DNA of 62,486 bases, counting the filler, from Candidatus Fermentibacterota bacterium (lineage in GTDB: Bacteria > JAFGKV01), in assembly GCA_016928395.1 (NCBI GenBank). It is 4 parts of 4 records of this genome, joined end to end, with 100 filler letters (N's around TTAATTAATTAA, not from the genome) between each part and the next. Parts side by side here need not be neighbours in the genome. Positions count along the whole stretch, not along the records: positions 42,845 to 54,602 come from JAFGKV010000047.1; positions 54,703 to 62,486 come from JAFGKV010000048.1; 2 more parts are not named here. One strand, given 5' to 3'. The notes below the pieces were generated by a model, which was not told where the DNA came from, searched no databases, and saw nothing but the letters and a program-made list of their open reading frames with translations. Every line of letters begins with the position of its first letter. Position 1 is the first letter of the stretch. The position numbers were made by a program, and so were the translations under genes. Shown piece by piece: positions 49,568-59,013 of the stretch.

Positions 49568-49893
49568 CCCTGCACACCCTTGAATGGTATCGCATAGGCG
49601 AGCCAGGTCACCGTGCCATGCATGAGCGCATACGCGACATAGCCCAAAACCAACGCGGTGAACCAGGTGCGGTCCCCCGGCCGGCGGAAGTCACAGGCAC
49701 CGCTCACTCGGATCACCACAAGGCCGATGGCAAACACCAGACCTCCCAGGAAATACTGGTACAAGAACGGCGTCCACGGGCCCTCAATCCCACCAAGTTG
49801 AACGGCCAGGCGCGGCAATGCCCAGCACAGGAAGATGACGACCGGCACGGCAATCATGGCCGGCCACGGAGGACGCGGAGGATGATCCGGCAT
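49564..49893 (-). CDS. Small 3-TM membrane protein coupled to the SSS gene
   Basis: Hydrophobic segments; ATGA overlap at 49564-49567. Confidence 0.7.
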   Translation of the reverse strand: MPDHPPRPPWPAMIAVPVVIFLCWALPRLAVQLGGIEGPWTPFLYQYFLGGLVFAIGLVVIRVSGACDFRRPGDRTWFTALVLGYVAYALMHGTVTWLAYAIPFKGVQG

Positions 49894-50333
49894 GTGCAAA
49901 CCTCAGGCTGCGGGTGCAGAAGCGCCCTGTCCTATGTCGGGGTCGAGTGGTGACCAGAAAGGCTCAGTATGGTGTCGCAGGCGAGGATGTCAAGGCAACA
50001 CCGCCCGGTAGCCAGCATTCAGGTAGCGGGGTTCACGGTTGGGGTCTCTCCGGCTCCGGGGAAGCCTGGCGGTCGTGGTCTCCTTTGTTCAGGAAGTGGT
50101 ATCCAGGGTTCAGGGAGGCACGCTTGCGTGTACTACCCGTTCTCCGCTTCAAGCTCCGTGTCCCGGGAGACCGGCTTCGTCGCCGCGACAGGCTTTGGCA
50201 GCACGGTGGGATCCTGGACCCGTGGGCACCATGCACCTCAACACCCGTCTTGCGTTTCATGACGAGAGCCCTATTTTGAATGTTCAGTACGGGAAACGAA
50301 TCTGTCTCGCTGCGGATCCCGAGGGAGGTAGCC

Positions 50334-50897
50334 ATGAAGACCTGTGCGTTCATCGTTGTGCTGATCCTGGCCCTAGCGAACCCGGCCCCTGGGCAGACGT
50401 ACTTCCTCACACAGTCAGTGATAGGCGCGGGCGGCGGCCCCATGGCCGGCTCGACCTATGCCGTGAACGGCACCTTGGGGCAGAGTTCTCCCGTGGGAAC
50501 CTCAGCAGGAGCCACGTATCACACCTATCACGGATTCTGGCACGCAGTGGGGTGGGCACCGTTGGATGCCATGGTTCTGGCTATCCAACTCGTCTCATCG
50601 ACAACCGCGCGCCTGCTGTGGGACCCCGTGGCACTGGCCACAGCTTACGACATCTACCGAAGCACTACTCCGTACTTCGTCGCAACGGGCGCTGTGTGGC
50701 AGACCGTGAGCGAACCCACAACGCAGTATGATTTCACGGAGGGCATCGGCGACCCGGCTCTGACCTACTACTTCAAGGGCAAAGCGCGCAACGCCGGCCA
50801 GGTTTCCGCGGAATCCAATACGGTGGGAGAATTCGAACGGAATACCGGTAATGTGGCGGTAGAGAGACGCCTCGAGGGAGAGCTCACCGACCGATAG
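50334..50897 (+). CDS. Small secreted protein with C-terminal FN3-like module
   Basis: GGAGGT SD; signal peptide; QSVIGAGGG..GTLGQ..GFW; LLWDPV..YDIYRS..YYF..SNTVGEF. Confidence 0.78.
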   Translation: MKTCAFIVVLILALANPAPGQTYFLTQSVIGAGGGPMAGSTYAVNGTLGQSSPVGTSAGATYHTYHGFWHAVGWAPLDAMVLAIQLVSSTTARLLWDPVALATAYDIYRSTTPYFVATGAVWQTVSEPTTQYDFTEGIGDPALTYYFKGKARNAGQVSAESNTVGEFERNTGNVAVERRLEGELTDR

Positions 50898-50969
50898 CGC
50901 CTTCTCGGTGGCCATCGCTGCGTAGCGCCGGACGGTCGCGTCCCTTGCCGGGTATTCTTGCGCGGGCAG

Positions 50970-52265
50970 CTACTTGCCTGAAATGGTCACACCCCTGCAG
51001 CGTACCCAGGGTAGAATAGTCGACCCGAAATCTATCCGCTCTGCAGACACCGCCGCGATATTCTCAAACAGGTCGATCAGGTTGGACGAGACCATGGTCT
51101 CGGTGACGGGGTGCCTGACCTCCCCGTGTTCCACGTAATAGCTGTTCTTGGCTACTCCGGAGAGATCGCCGCTCTCGCCGGGACTTCCGCCGGAGAACCG
51201 CCCCAGCACGATGCCCCGCTCGACCGAGCCGAGCAGGTCCCGATACTCGATATCGCCGGCGTCCACCACATACGAGGTGCCGTCGCTGACCGAACGAGGG
51301 CAGCCGGTCTTTCTTGAGCCGTACAGTGAGAGCAGGAAGGTCCTCAGTACTCCGCGATCGATGATGGTCTGATCCTTCGCGAGGAAGCCGTCAGCCGTCA
51401 CGAAATGGTTGACGGCCAGTTCCGGCGCCAGGGGGAGGTCCCGCACGGTCAGGCACGGAGCGGCGACCGGCTGGTTGATCTTGTCCTTCAGGCGCGACGT
51501 GCCAGCGATGATGGCGCCGTCGCGCAGGAAGACACCGGCGAAATACCGGATGAAGCCGGCGAGAGTGTCGGGGGTGAGGATGAGATCGCCCACGAAGGCG
51601 TCCGGTATCGGCAGTGGATCAAGCTGCTCGCATGACTCACGCAGCAGGCGATCCACAGACGCGACCTCGATCAAGGGGCGGTCCAGATCCAAGGAGGAGA
51701 ACGACGCGCCGTTGAACGAGGAGGTTCGCGTGCCGTCTTTGGCAGTGAACATGGCCTGGAATCCGTAGAGCCCGGCAGTTATTGAGAACTCGACGCCGTT
51801 CGTATTGACGATATGGCTGGTTCCATGGCTGAATTCAAGGACGGCCTCTTCGACGATCGCCGACGGGTAACGCCGGCGGCTGGTGTCAAGGAACTCCTGG
51901 AACCGTGAGAACATGAGATCGCGGTTGGGCGAATGGGGACCCCGCTCGAAGGTTGCGGGTTCTTGCCGCTCGGCGATATCGTACGCCGGGTCAGGCGGCG
52001 AGGCCTGCGTGATGTCGACCGTCTCCCGGGCCAATCGTTCCAGATCCGACTGACTCGTCTTGTTCGCTGATGCCGCCCCACGCCGCCCGTCGATGATGGC
52101 CGACATGCCGACCGCTGTCTCGTAGGTCGTCCGCATCAGAGAGATCTTACCGACATTGGCCGTCAGCTCATGCTGCTCACCATGGGAGACACTGCAGGTT
52201 GCCTTGTGGGCGCCCGCCATGCGAAGCGCGTCAAGTCCGTGGTGGGCCAAATGTAGCGCCTTCAT
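50970..52265 (-). CDS. TldE/PmbA family protein
   Basis: TldD/PmbA fold motifs (IIDRGVL..FLLSLYG, GDLSGVAKN); no HExxH; follows tldD. Confidence 0.88.
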   Translation of the reverse strand: MKALHLAHHGLDALRMAGAHKATCSVSHGEQHELTANVGKISLMRTTYETAVGMSAIIDGRRGAASANKTSQSDLERLARETVDITQASPPDPAYDIAERQEPATFERGPHSPNRDLMFSRFQEFLDTSRRRYPSAIVEEAVLEFSHGTSHIVNTNGVEFSITAGLYGFQAMFTAKDGTRTSSFNGASFSSLDLDRPLIEVASVDRLLRESCEQLDPLPIPDAFVGDLILTPDTLAGFIRYFAGVFLRDGAIIAGTSRLKDKINQPVAAPCLTVRDLPLAPELAVNHFVTADGFLAKDQTIIDRGVLRTFLLSLYGSRKTGCPRSVSDGTSYVVDAGDIEYRDLLGSVERGIVLGRFSGGSPGESGDLSGVAKNSYYVEHGEVRHPVTETMVSSNLIDLFENIAAVSAERIDFGSTILPWVRCRGVTISGK

Positions 52266-52266
52266 C

Positions 52267-53646
52267 TCAGCGACCCCCTATGGTGACGGTACACGCGACG
52301 GCCGGACCGCCGAGGGATACCGGTATGCTCTGTTTCTTGCCGCACATTCCTCCGACGGACCATACCATGGTATTGGACACCATGGTGACGGTCTTCAGCA
52401 GATCGAATGCCACGCCGGAAATCGTGGTGTCCCGGATTGCCCGGCCGACCTTCCCTCCTTTGATCTCGTAGCCGATGGTAATCCCAAACATGAACTCGCT
52501 GGTTGAATCGGCCTGACCATTGCCGGATCGCAGCAGATAGTACCCGTCATCGATGGCTGCGATCATCTCGCCAAGAGAGCTTTCTCCCGGTACGATGGCG
52601 GTATTCCTCATGCGAATGAGAGGCTCGTCAGAAAAGCGGAAGGCACGGGCGTTCCCGGTGGGGGGCACCTCGAATCGCAGGGCGGTCTCCCGATTGTGCA
52701 GGTACGACTTCAGCACGCCGTCCTGAATGATGACCGTGTCATGGGCCTCTACACCTTCGTCGTCGACAAACACCGGCACCGGGCACGGCGAGCCCTGAGC
52801 CGTGTGCGCATAGTCAATGAGGTTGATCAGGGGGCTGGCGACCTGGGCGCCCAGGTAGTCCCGGGCGACCGAACCTCCCATGACGAAGTCTGCCTCAACA
52901 GTATGCCCGATTGCCTCATGGGCCAGCATGCCCGCCAGATCCGCGGCCAGGACGCATCTGGCCGAACCGGCCTGCGCGTAGACTGCCTCTCGTTTCGCCA
53001 TCAGGTGATCGTGCAGTTGCTCCAAGGGCTCGTGGAGATCCTCGGGAGAGGCAAACACGTCCTCGAACTGGCCGAGGCCTCCCCAAACATCGAATACATC
53101 TACCGGGCCTGACGAAGTTTCAGCGGAAAGTGACACCGATATCAGGGTCCTCGGCACGAAGGAGAAGGACACGGAACCGTCGGAGGTGACCAGGGATTTG
53201 ATCATGTCGAGACACCGCAGTGCCACGCGACGGCTCGTCAGGGCGGGATAGGATGCGGCGACGAACGCGTCGACAGTCGAGGCGAAATCGACCAAAGCCT
53301 GCTGGTCCAACCGGGGTTTTTGCGTAGAGAAATCCCACTGGTGGCTCGCCACGGCTGGCGGCAGATCTGGCGCACTGCGACCAGTTGCTCGCGCCATGAA
53401 CCGGGCGTTCTCCGTGGCCGCCTGCACGACATCTGCGGCTGCCTCATCGCTTGTCTCCGGATAGGAGGCGAAGCCCCACGATCCGTTCTTGTATACCCGA
53501 GCCGATACGCCACTGCTCGATGATCGTGAGTTCTGCACCACATTGCCCTTCAGCAGCGCGACGCCGATCTCGCTGTTCTCCTGCATTCTGAACTCGGTGT
53601 GCTCCTGGAAAAGGCGGGCACACCATGACACATCCTTGGGAATCAT
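52267..53646 (-). CDS. tldD: TldD metalloprotease
   Basis: GVSARV..GSWGFA, HEAIGH, DDEG, TGNARA, RMRNT, CGK, GGP. Confidence 0.9.
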   Translation of the reverse strand: MIPKDVSWCARLFQEHTEFRMQENSEIGVALLKGNVVQNSRSSSSGVSARVYKNGSWGFASYPETSDEAAADVVQAATENARFMARATGRSAPDLPPAVASHQWDFSTQKPRLDQQALVDFASTVDAFVAASYPALTSRRVALRCLDMIKSLVTSDGSVSFSFVPRTLISVSLSAETSSGPVDVFDVWGGLGQFEDVFASPEDLHEPLEQLHDHLMAKREAVYAQAGSARCVLAADLAGMLAHEAIGHTVEADFVMGGSVARDYLGAQVASPLINLIDYAHTAQGSPCPVPVFVDDEGVEAHDTVIIQDGVLKSYLHNRETALRFEVPPTGNARAFRFSDEPLIRMRNTAIVPGESSLGEMIAAIDDGYYLLRSGNGQADSTSEFMFGITIGYEIKGGKVGRAIRDTTISGVAFDLLKTVTMVSNTMVWSVGGMCGKKQSIPVSLGGPAVACTVTIGGR

Positions 53647-53779
53647 CGCGTCGTCTCCTTGCACGCCTGCCGCCGTGCACGGCACTGAACAGCGTCTTTT
53701 GGCGTGTCCTTGAGGTGTGGGTGGGACCCCGCTGATACTGTGGTCTGACCAGGCTTCGTGCAAGGGGAATGGGCAAGGC

Positions 53780-54602
53780 TATGGAGATGGGAGATAGGAG
53801 TGAGGAGATATCGGAGGGGATTCAGAAATCAGTCGGGCCTCTGAGGGCGCGGGCGCACTCAGGTCTTTCAAGGATGAGAGTACGGCCGGCAGTTGGCTAT
53901 CGGCTTTCAGCTATCGGCCCTCAGCTATCGGCCCGCCCAGCGCTACGAGAAACCGTTGCCGTGGTAGGGGCGACCGTCTCTGGTCGCCCGCGGGAGGGCG
54001 GGGGTCGGTATCGCTATCGCCATCGGAGTCGCACCTCCGAGCACGAGTGCGTGGATGTACACTCAAACGAGCCCCAGCCCCGGGCGTTGCCCGGCTCATA
54101 CAGAGGGAAACTTCTGAGCCTCGTACGAACCCATGGTGGCGTCGCGGTCGGGACGAAGCCCGACCCTCCAGAGCGATTAGGGGACAGGGCATCTTTCCCG
54201 AATGGAGGGACGACCTCTGCGTCGTCCGTAGCGTTTCGCACGAGGCTATTCTGATGAAGTTTCAGGTTAGTCGAGCCTCTGAGGGCGCGGGCGCACTCAG
54301 GTCTTTCAAGGGTGAGAGTACCCCTTCGCGCCTTACGGCGCTCCAACACCGGTCTGCGAGGAACCGTTGCCTTGTAGGGGCGATCGTCCCTGCTCGCCCG
54401 CCGGCGGCTCGGGGTCCGTATCGCTATCGATATCGTTGTCGTAATCGTAGTCGTCATCGACGAACTGGGGCAGTCGAGCGCGTGTACGGGTACGAGTGCG
54501 TGTACGAGATTTCCATGCTCTCTCAAACACGTGGGGGCCCCGGGCCCGCCCGGACGATACGTGGTGCAACTTCCGGTGCCGCGGCGGGAAGTTACAGCTT
54601 AG
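53780..54602 (+). repeat. Non-coding array of composite repeats: 53-bp block x2, GTAG REP-like x2, GGAG REP-like pair, 6/7-mer runs
   Basis: 53831-53883 matches 54269-54321; REP-like hairpins at 53964-53989, 54146-54169, 54204-54227, 54374-54399. Confidence 0.85.
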
Positions 54603-54702
54603 NNNNNNNNNNNNNNNNNNNNNNNNNNNNNNNNNNNNNNNNNNNNTTAATTAATTAANNNNNNNNNNNNNNNNNNNNNNNNNNNNNNNNNNNNNNNNNN
54701 NN
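54603..54702. other. Artificial contig linker
   Basis: 44 N + TTAATTAATTAA + 44 N. Confidence 0.97.
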
Positions 54703-55614
54703 ATCAGAAACACAAACCCCCTGCAGCCCAATGCCTTCCGTCCCCTATTGGTAATCGAGAATCAGCTAACCCGGAAACTCAGGCTAGGCCGCACCGCAGT
54801 GTGTGCGTTCCAGGAAGTCACCGGCTGCGCGGCGACATGGCTCGCGTCACAGAGAGGCGGCTGGCCCGACCCTGAGGTCAGTTGCGATGATGCCATGGCC
54901 GTGATACGGGACCAGTCTGTGCACTCCCACAATATCGTGATTCCGTGTTACACCCGCTGTGGGGACGAGTACATCAATGGGTTGTACATGACAGCGAGCC
55001 CGAAGTTGGGAGGTGTGTGGTGGCTAAGGTCGCACATGACACCTGCCAGCGACGGGTTCTGCACAAATCCTACGTCGCGGCACTATCAGGTCGATTTCCG
55101 CTTCGCCCGGCAACAGGATCTCGGAGAGTACACAGTGTTCAGCAAGAGCTTTCTCGAGTGCGGACCCTTCGACGAGTGGACACTCAACCAGATGTCGGAG
55201 TATGGCGTCACGGGAATCTCGGCGTGTGCGGGGGCGCTGTGGGAGTGGCCGGAGGAGGAGTGTGGAAGGCCATTGGCGACAAAGGAGTCTGAGGCGACAG
55301 CGGATGCGGAAACTGATGCGCCGAAGGTCTTCGAGTACCGGCTGGGGAGAGCGTATCCGAACCCGTGCAATGGATGCTCTGGAGTGACCGTGGAGTACAG
55401 CCTGGCGGGAGTATCGGTGCCGCGGTTCGAGCTGTACGATCTTCTGGGGCAACGGGTGTTGAGCATGGGAGAGGGCATGAAGGCGCCCGGAGAGTATGCG
55501 CTGCGGTGGGACCTGCGGGACTTCGGGGGAAAACGGGTGCCCCCGGCGACGTACATCCTGCAGATGCGGACAGAGGGATTCGTGGGGCGCACGCCCTTGG
55601 TGGTGATCAGGTAG
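54703..55614 (+). CDS. 3' part of a secreted Cys-rich protein with FlgD-Ig-like C-terminal domain
   Basis: Frame open from the contig edge; AYPNP..LYDLLGQRV..GEY..WD..G..YIL..VVIR. Confidence 0.75.
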   Translation: MRNTNPLQPNAFRPLLVIENQLTRKLRLGRTAVCAFQEVTGCAATWLASQRGGWPDPEVSCDDAMAVIRDQSVHSHNIVIPCYTRCGDEYINGLYMTASPKLGGVWWLRSHMTPASDGFCTNPTSRHYQVDFRFARQQDLGEYTVFSKSFLECGPFDEWTLNQMSEYGVTGISACAGALWEWPEEECGRPLATKESEATADAETDAPKVFEYRLGRAYPNPCNGCSGVTVEYSLAGVSVPRFELYDLLGQRVLSMGEGMKAPGEYALRWDLRDFGGKRVPPATYILQMRTEGFVGRTPLVVIR

Positions 55615-55639
55615 GCCGGAGATCGTCCTCGCGAGCAGG

Positions 55640-56105
55640 GGACAGGGTTCAGGGTTCGGGTCTGGGTGATGGCGAGGACAGATTGAACAGGAGGATTTTC
55701 CAGGCATGGAATATTCCAGGCATGGAATATCAGGATGAATGGATGGCTCGCTTCGCTCTCTGAGGAGATTGGAGTGAGGAGACAGGCTGACTGCCGACTG
55801 CGGACCCATCCCTTCATGAGCTTCATGGTAGAATGGGCTTTGTCTACACCATGAAGAGCATGAAGTGACTGAAGATGAAGACTGAAGAAAGACCGTGACG
55901 AGAGAATGCGGCTTCGCTTTGCGAGCAGTTCATAGGGTTCAGGGTTCGGGGTTCAGTCGGACTGCTGACTCGCTCTCTTCTTCACTTCTTCACCTCAAAG
56001 AGCTCTTCGTGGTGAACTTCGCTCCGCTCCCCGTTCCGCCTTCCGCCTTCCGCACTCCAAGTTCCGCACTCCTGAGGCTAAGCCCATCTCCTCACTCCTC
56101 ACTTA
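55640..56105. repeat. Mosaic of short repeats (GGGTTCA/G, (TTCCAGGCATGGAATA)2, CTTCATG/CATGAAG, TTCCGCC)
   Basis: Read directly; non-coding DNA between convergent genes. Confidence 0.7.
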
Positions 56106-56163
56106 TCAAGGCGGCTTTGCGTGAGATGCCGGCTTCGGATTTCCCCCCGGCGGGCCAGCCAGC

Positions 56164-56820
56164 CTATCGCTGGCCGAACTCCTCGACGGCTTTGCGGAGG
56201 AATGCCTTGTTCACGAAGGGGAGGTACAGGTAACGGATGCTCCACAGGTGACCTCCCGGCACGTGTCTCCCGATGGCACGACTTCCCATGAGCAGCAGCA
56301 GCTCAGTACCACGGGGCCTCCGAACCGCCAAGACACGGGGACGAAGCCGCGCGGGCAGAAGTACCGACGCATTCATGCCCGATAGCCAGCGCCCCAGGTC
56401 GACCGTCCTGATGACTGCGTAGAGAAGCCGGCGACGGGCGGTGTCGAGCCGTGCCCGCCTTCGCTGGATTCTGTGGTAGGCAATGCCCACCGGCCCGCCC
56501 CATACCGACCGTTCCTTTCCCGCTCGCTCTGCGGCTACCACGCACCCGACAATGTCGTCCGGCCCAAGGGTCCACGGGTCGATCTGACTCTGGATATTGT
56601 CGCCACGCGTCACGATGCCCTCTCCGGTGACTTCCACGACTCGGTGAGTGATGAGGTCGCCGGACTCGGGCGAGGGGAACACGACGACATCGCCGGGTCG
56701 AATCTTCTTGTCGCCATAGGGCGTGACGGTCAGCATGTCCCCCGGCGTAAACGTGGGCGTCATGCTCCTCCGGTAGTAGAAGAGCCTGGTGGGGGCGCCG
56801 TCTGTTGAGCAGTCAGACAT
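56164..56820 (-). CDS. S24/S26 signal-peptidase-like protein (Ser-His type)
   Basis: SMTPTF.PGD, GDVVVF, ITHRVV, TRGDN..DPW; no N-terminal anchor. Confidence 0.78.
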   Translation of the reverse strand: MSDCSTDGAPTRLFYYRRSMTPTFTPGDMLTVTPYGDKKIRPGDVVVFPSPESGDLITHRVVEVTGEGIVTRGDNIQSQIDPWTLGPDDIVGCVVAAERAGKERSVWGGPVGIAYHRIQRRRARLDTARRRLLYAVIRTVDLGRWLSGMNASVLLPARLRPRVLAVRRPRGTELLLLMGSRAIGRHVPGGHLWSIRYLYLPFVNKAFLRKAVEEFGQR

Positions 56821-57276
56821 GAGGATCGGTCATCCTTGCTGAGCCATCATACCCAAACGCCCGCTCCAGCTCCCCAACCACGCGGCCCCGGGTGTTCAGG
56901 AGCAAACCATGAAAGGTAGACGACTGCTCAGGCATCTAGGGTTGATCCCGCCGCGCAAAAATTGCGGTCTTTGGGGTACGGGTTATTGCGTTCAGGTCAA
57001 ATCATCGAATGAGCCTGGTTGCTGAATGCCGCCTCTTCCCCCATCACTCCGGTCTTTTATCATTCCGTGCGATGCGGTCGGGCATACGAAGCCACGCGGC
57101 ACATTCAACTACGGCACCGATGATACTGCAAAGGTCACGAACGCGAAAGCCGCGCGGCACCCGATGGGGTCCCCCTCCTTTCCGCGGACGGGCAAAGCGC
57201 CAGGGCTCTCCATGAACGATCGCGAATCGCGCGACGTTGGCCGACAACCGTGACGGTGGGCCGTGGACCGGCCGCG

Positions 57277-58110
57277 TCAGTCGCTCTGGGCCGGCGTTCG
57301 TTTTCGGGGAACCGGCAGGTATTCCACCGAAGACTGCCGGCGCGTCGGCTGCGGGAAAAGGCCCATGAGCTGCAGGAAGTCTTGCGGGATGTCCCCCTTG
57401 ACCGGTAGACCGATGAGAGTGCTCGCCTCTTCGAAGGTGATGGGGTAGTCGTGAGTCCACCGGCCCCCGGTCAAGGCCGCGGCAACTTCCTCCGCGCGCT
57501 CCTCGGTCAGATTGTCGACAAGCAAATCCTTCACGCTGGCCTTGACCTGCGCCATGGCCTTGCCGGCCTGGTCGGCCAGAATGAGCGTCTCATCATCGAT
57601 CTTGTCGATGGACTTCTGCTCCACCACCCTGAGGATGGATGCGGCGGCGTACTGCCCGAGTTGGGGATCCACAGGCCCCAGAACGGCGTGCTCGGACATA
57701 ACAATCTCATCGGCCGCCAGGGCGATCAGCGTCCCGCCCGACATGGCGTAGTGGGGAACGAACACGGTTACCTTGCCGTTATGCCGGTTGATGGCCTTGG
57801 CGATCTGCACTGAGGGCAGAACAAGACCCCCCGGAGTGTGCAGCACGATGTCCAGCGGCATCTCGGGATCGGTCATGTGGATCGCCCGGATCACCGCTTC
57901 AGAATCATTGACGTCGATATAGCGAAACACCGGGAAACCGAGGATGCTCATGGTCTCCTGGCGGTGCACCAGCAGGATGAGCCGGGAGCCGCGCTCCTTC
58001 TCGATCTTGGCGATGAGCCGCTGACGTGCTGCTTCGAGCATACGCTGCTTGATAAGAGGGTGGACTGCGGCGAGAATCAAGAACAGCCAGAAGATGTCGG
58101 TCAAGCCCAC
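57277..58110 (-). CDS. ClpP-like SDH family serine proteinase
   Basis: LLVHRQET, LHTPGG, PHYAMSGGTLIALAADEI, LGPVDPQ, WTHDYPI. Confidence 0.9.
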   Translation of the reverse strand: MGLTDIFWLFLILAAVHPLIKQRMLEAARQRLIAKIEKERGSRLILLVHRQETMSILGFPVFRYIDVNDSEAVIRAIHMTDPEMPLDIVLHTPGGLVLPSVQIAKAINRHNGKVTVFVPHYAMSGGTLIALAADEIVMSEHAVLGPVDPQLGQYAAASILRVVEQKSIDKIDDETLILADQAGKAMAQVKASVKDLLVDNLTEERAEEVAAALTGGRWTHDYPITFEEASTLIGLPVKGDIPQDFLQLMGLFPQPTRRQSSVEYLPVPRKRTPAQSD

Positions 58111-58210
58111 TGGCGGTTACCTCCCGTGAGACAGCGGTGTGATCCGGGGCCACACACGGGCGACCCCGAGGCGACGGGCACGCATGGGCAGGAATGCCAC
58201 ATCGTTCTCC

Positions 58211-58954
58211 TTAGCCGAAATAGCGGCGCCACTCCTCGTCACCCACCGCCTCATCGGCCTGGAAACGGCGAGGCCTCCTGCCCTGACTCAGGAAGAGCCG
58301 GTGGAGCACCGCGCCGGCGGCAAACCCTCCGAGGTGGGCCCACCAGGCAACGCCGCCCGTCGCTGCGCCTTGCGCCAGCGACGCGGCGCCGCTGATAAGT
58401 TGGAGCAGAAACCAGAATCCGAGGTAGACGACTGCAGGGATCTGATAGGCGCCAAACCAGAAGAACAAGGGGATGATGGTGATCACCCGCGCCCGCGGAT
58501 ACAGGACAAGGTAGGCGCCCATCACGCCGGCGATGGCGCCTGAGGCGCCTACCGTGGGGAGCGTCGAGGTCGGATTCAACCGACAGTGAACGATGCCGGC
58601 CACAAGCCCGGTCACGAGGTAGAACACTGTAAAACGAATAGGTCCCATGCGGTCCTCGACATTGTCGCCGAAGATCCACAATGCCCACATGTTCATGAGG
58701 ATGTGGCCCAGGCCGCCGTGGAGAAACATGCTGGTCAGGAACGGCCAGTACGTGTCCACAGGGATGCCGATTTGCTCAGCCCACGCGGGATGGGTGAAGC
58801 GTGCGGGCACCATGCCGAACAGGTAGAAGAGCTGCCGGACACCTTCAGGCGGTAGGGTAAGCTGCACCATGAATACCAGAGTATTGAGCAGGATGATCGT
58901 CCACGTGGCGATGGGAGGATGACGGCTCGTGACGGTATCGCGCAACGGAATCAT
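58211..58954 (-). CDS. Rhomboid intramembrane serine protease
   Basis: MIPLRD, TSMFLHGG..H..MNM, FGDNVEDRMG, GASG, AHLGGF. Confidence 0.93.
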   Translation of the reverse strand: MIPLRDTVTSRHPPIATWTIILLNTLVFMVQLTLPPEGVRQLFYLFGMVPARFTHPAWAEQIGIPVDTYWPFLTSMFLHGGLGHILMNMWALWIFGDNVEDRMGPIRFTVFYLVTGLVAGIVHCRLNPTSTLPTVGASGAIAGVMGAYLVLYPRARVITIIPLFFWFGAYQIPAVVYLGFWFLLQLISGAASLAQGAATGGVAWWAHLGGFAAGAVLHRLFLSQGRRPRRFQADEAVGDEEWRRYFG

Positions 58955-59013
58955 GGTCGTCTGGCTCCCCGAAGCTCTCGCACGAGGGGTATGCCGGTCA
59001 TGCCGGCGCTCCT

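Noticed and set aside
53780-54602. CRISPR array
   Set aside because: No constant repeat with regular unique spacers and no cas genes.
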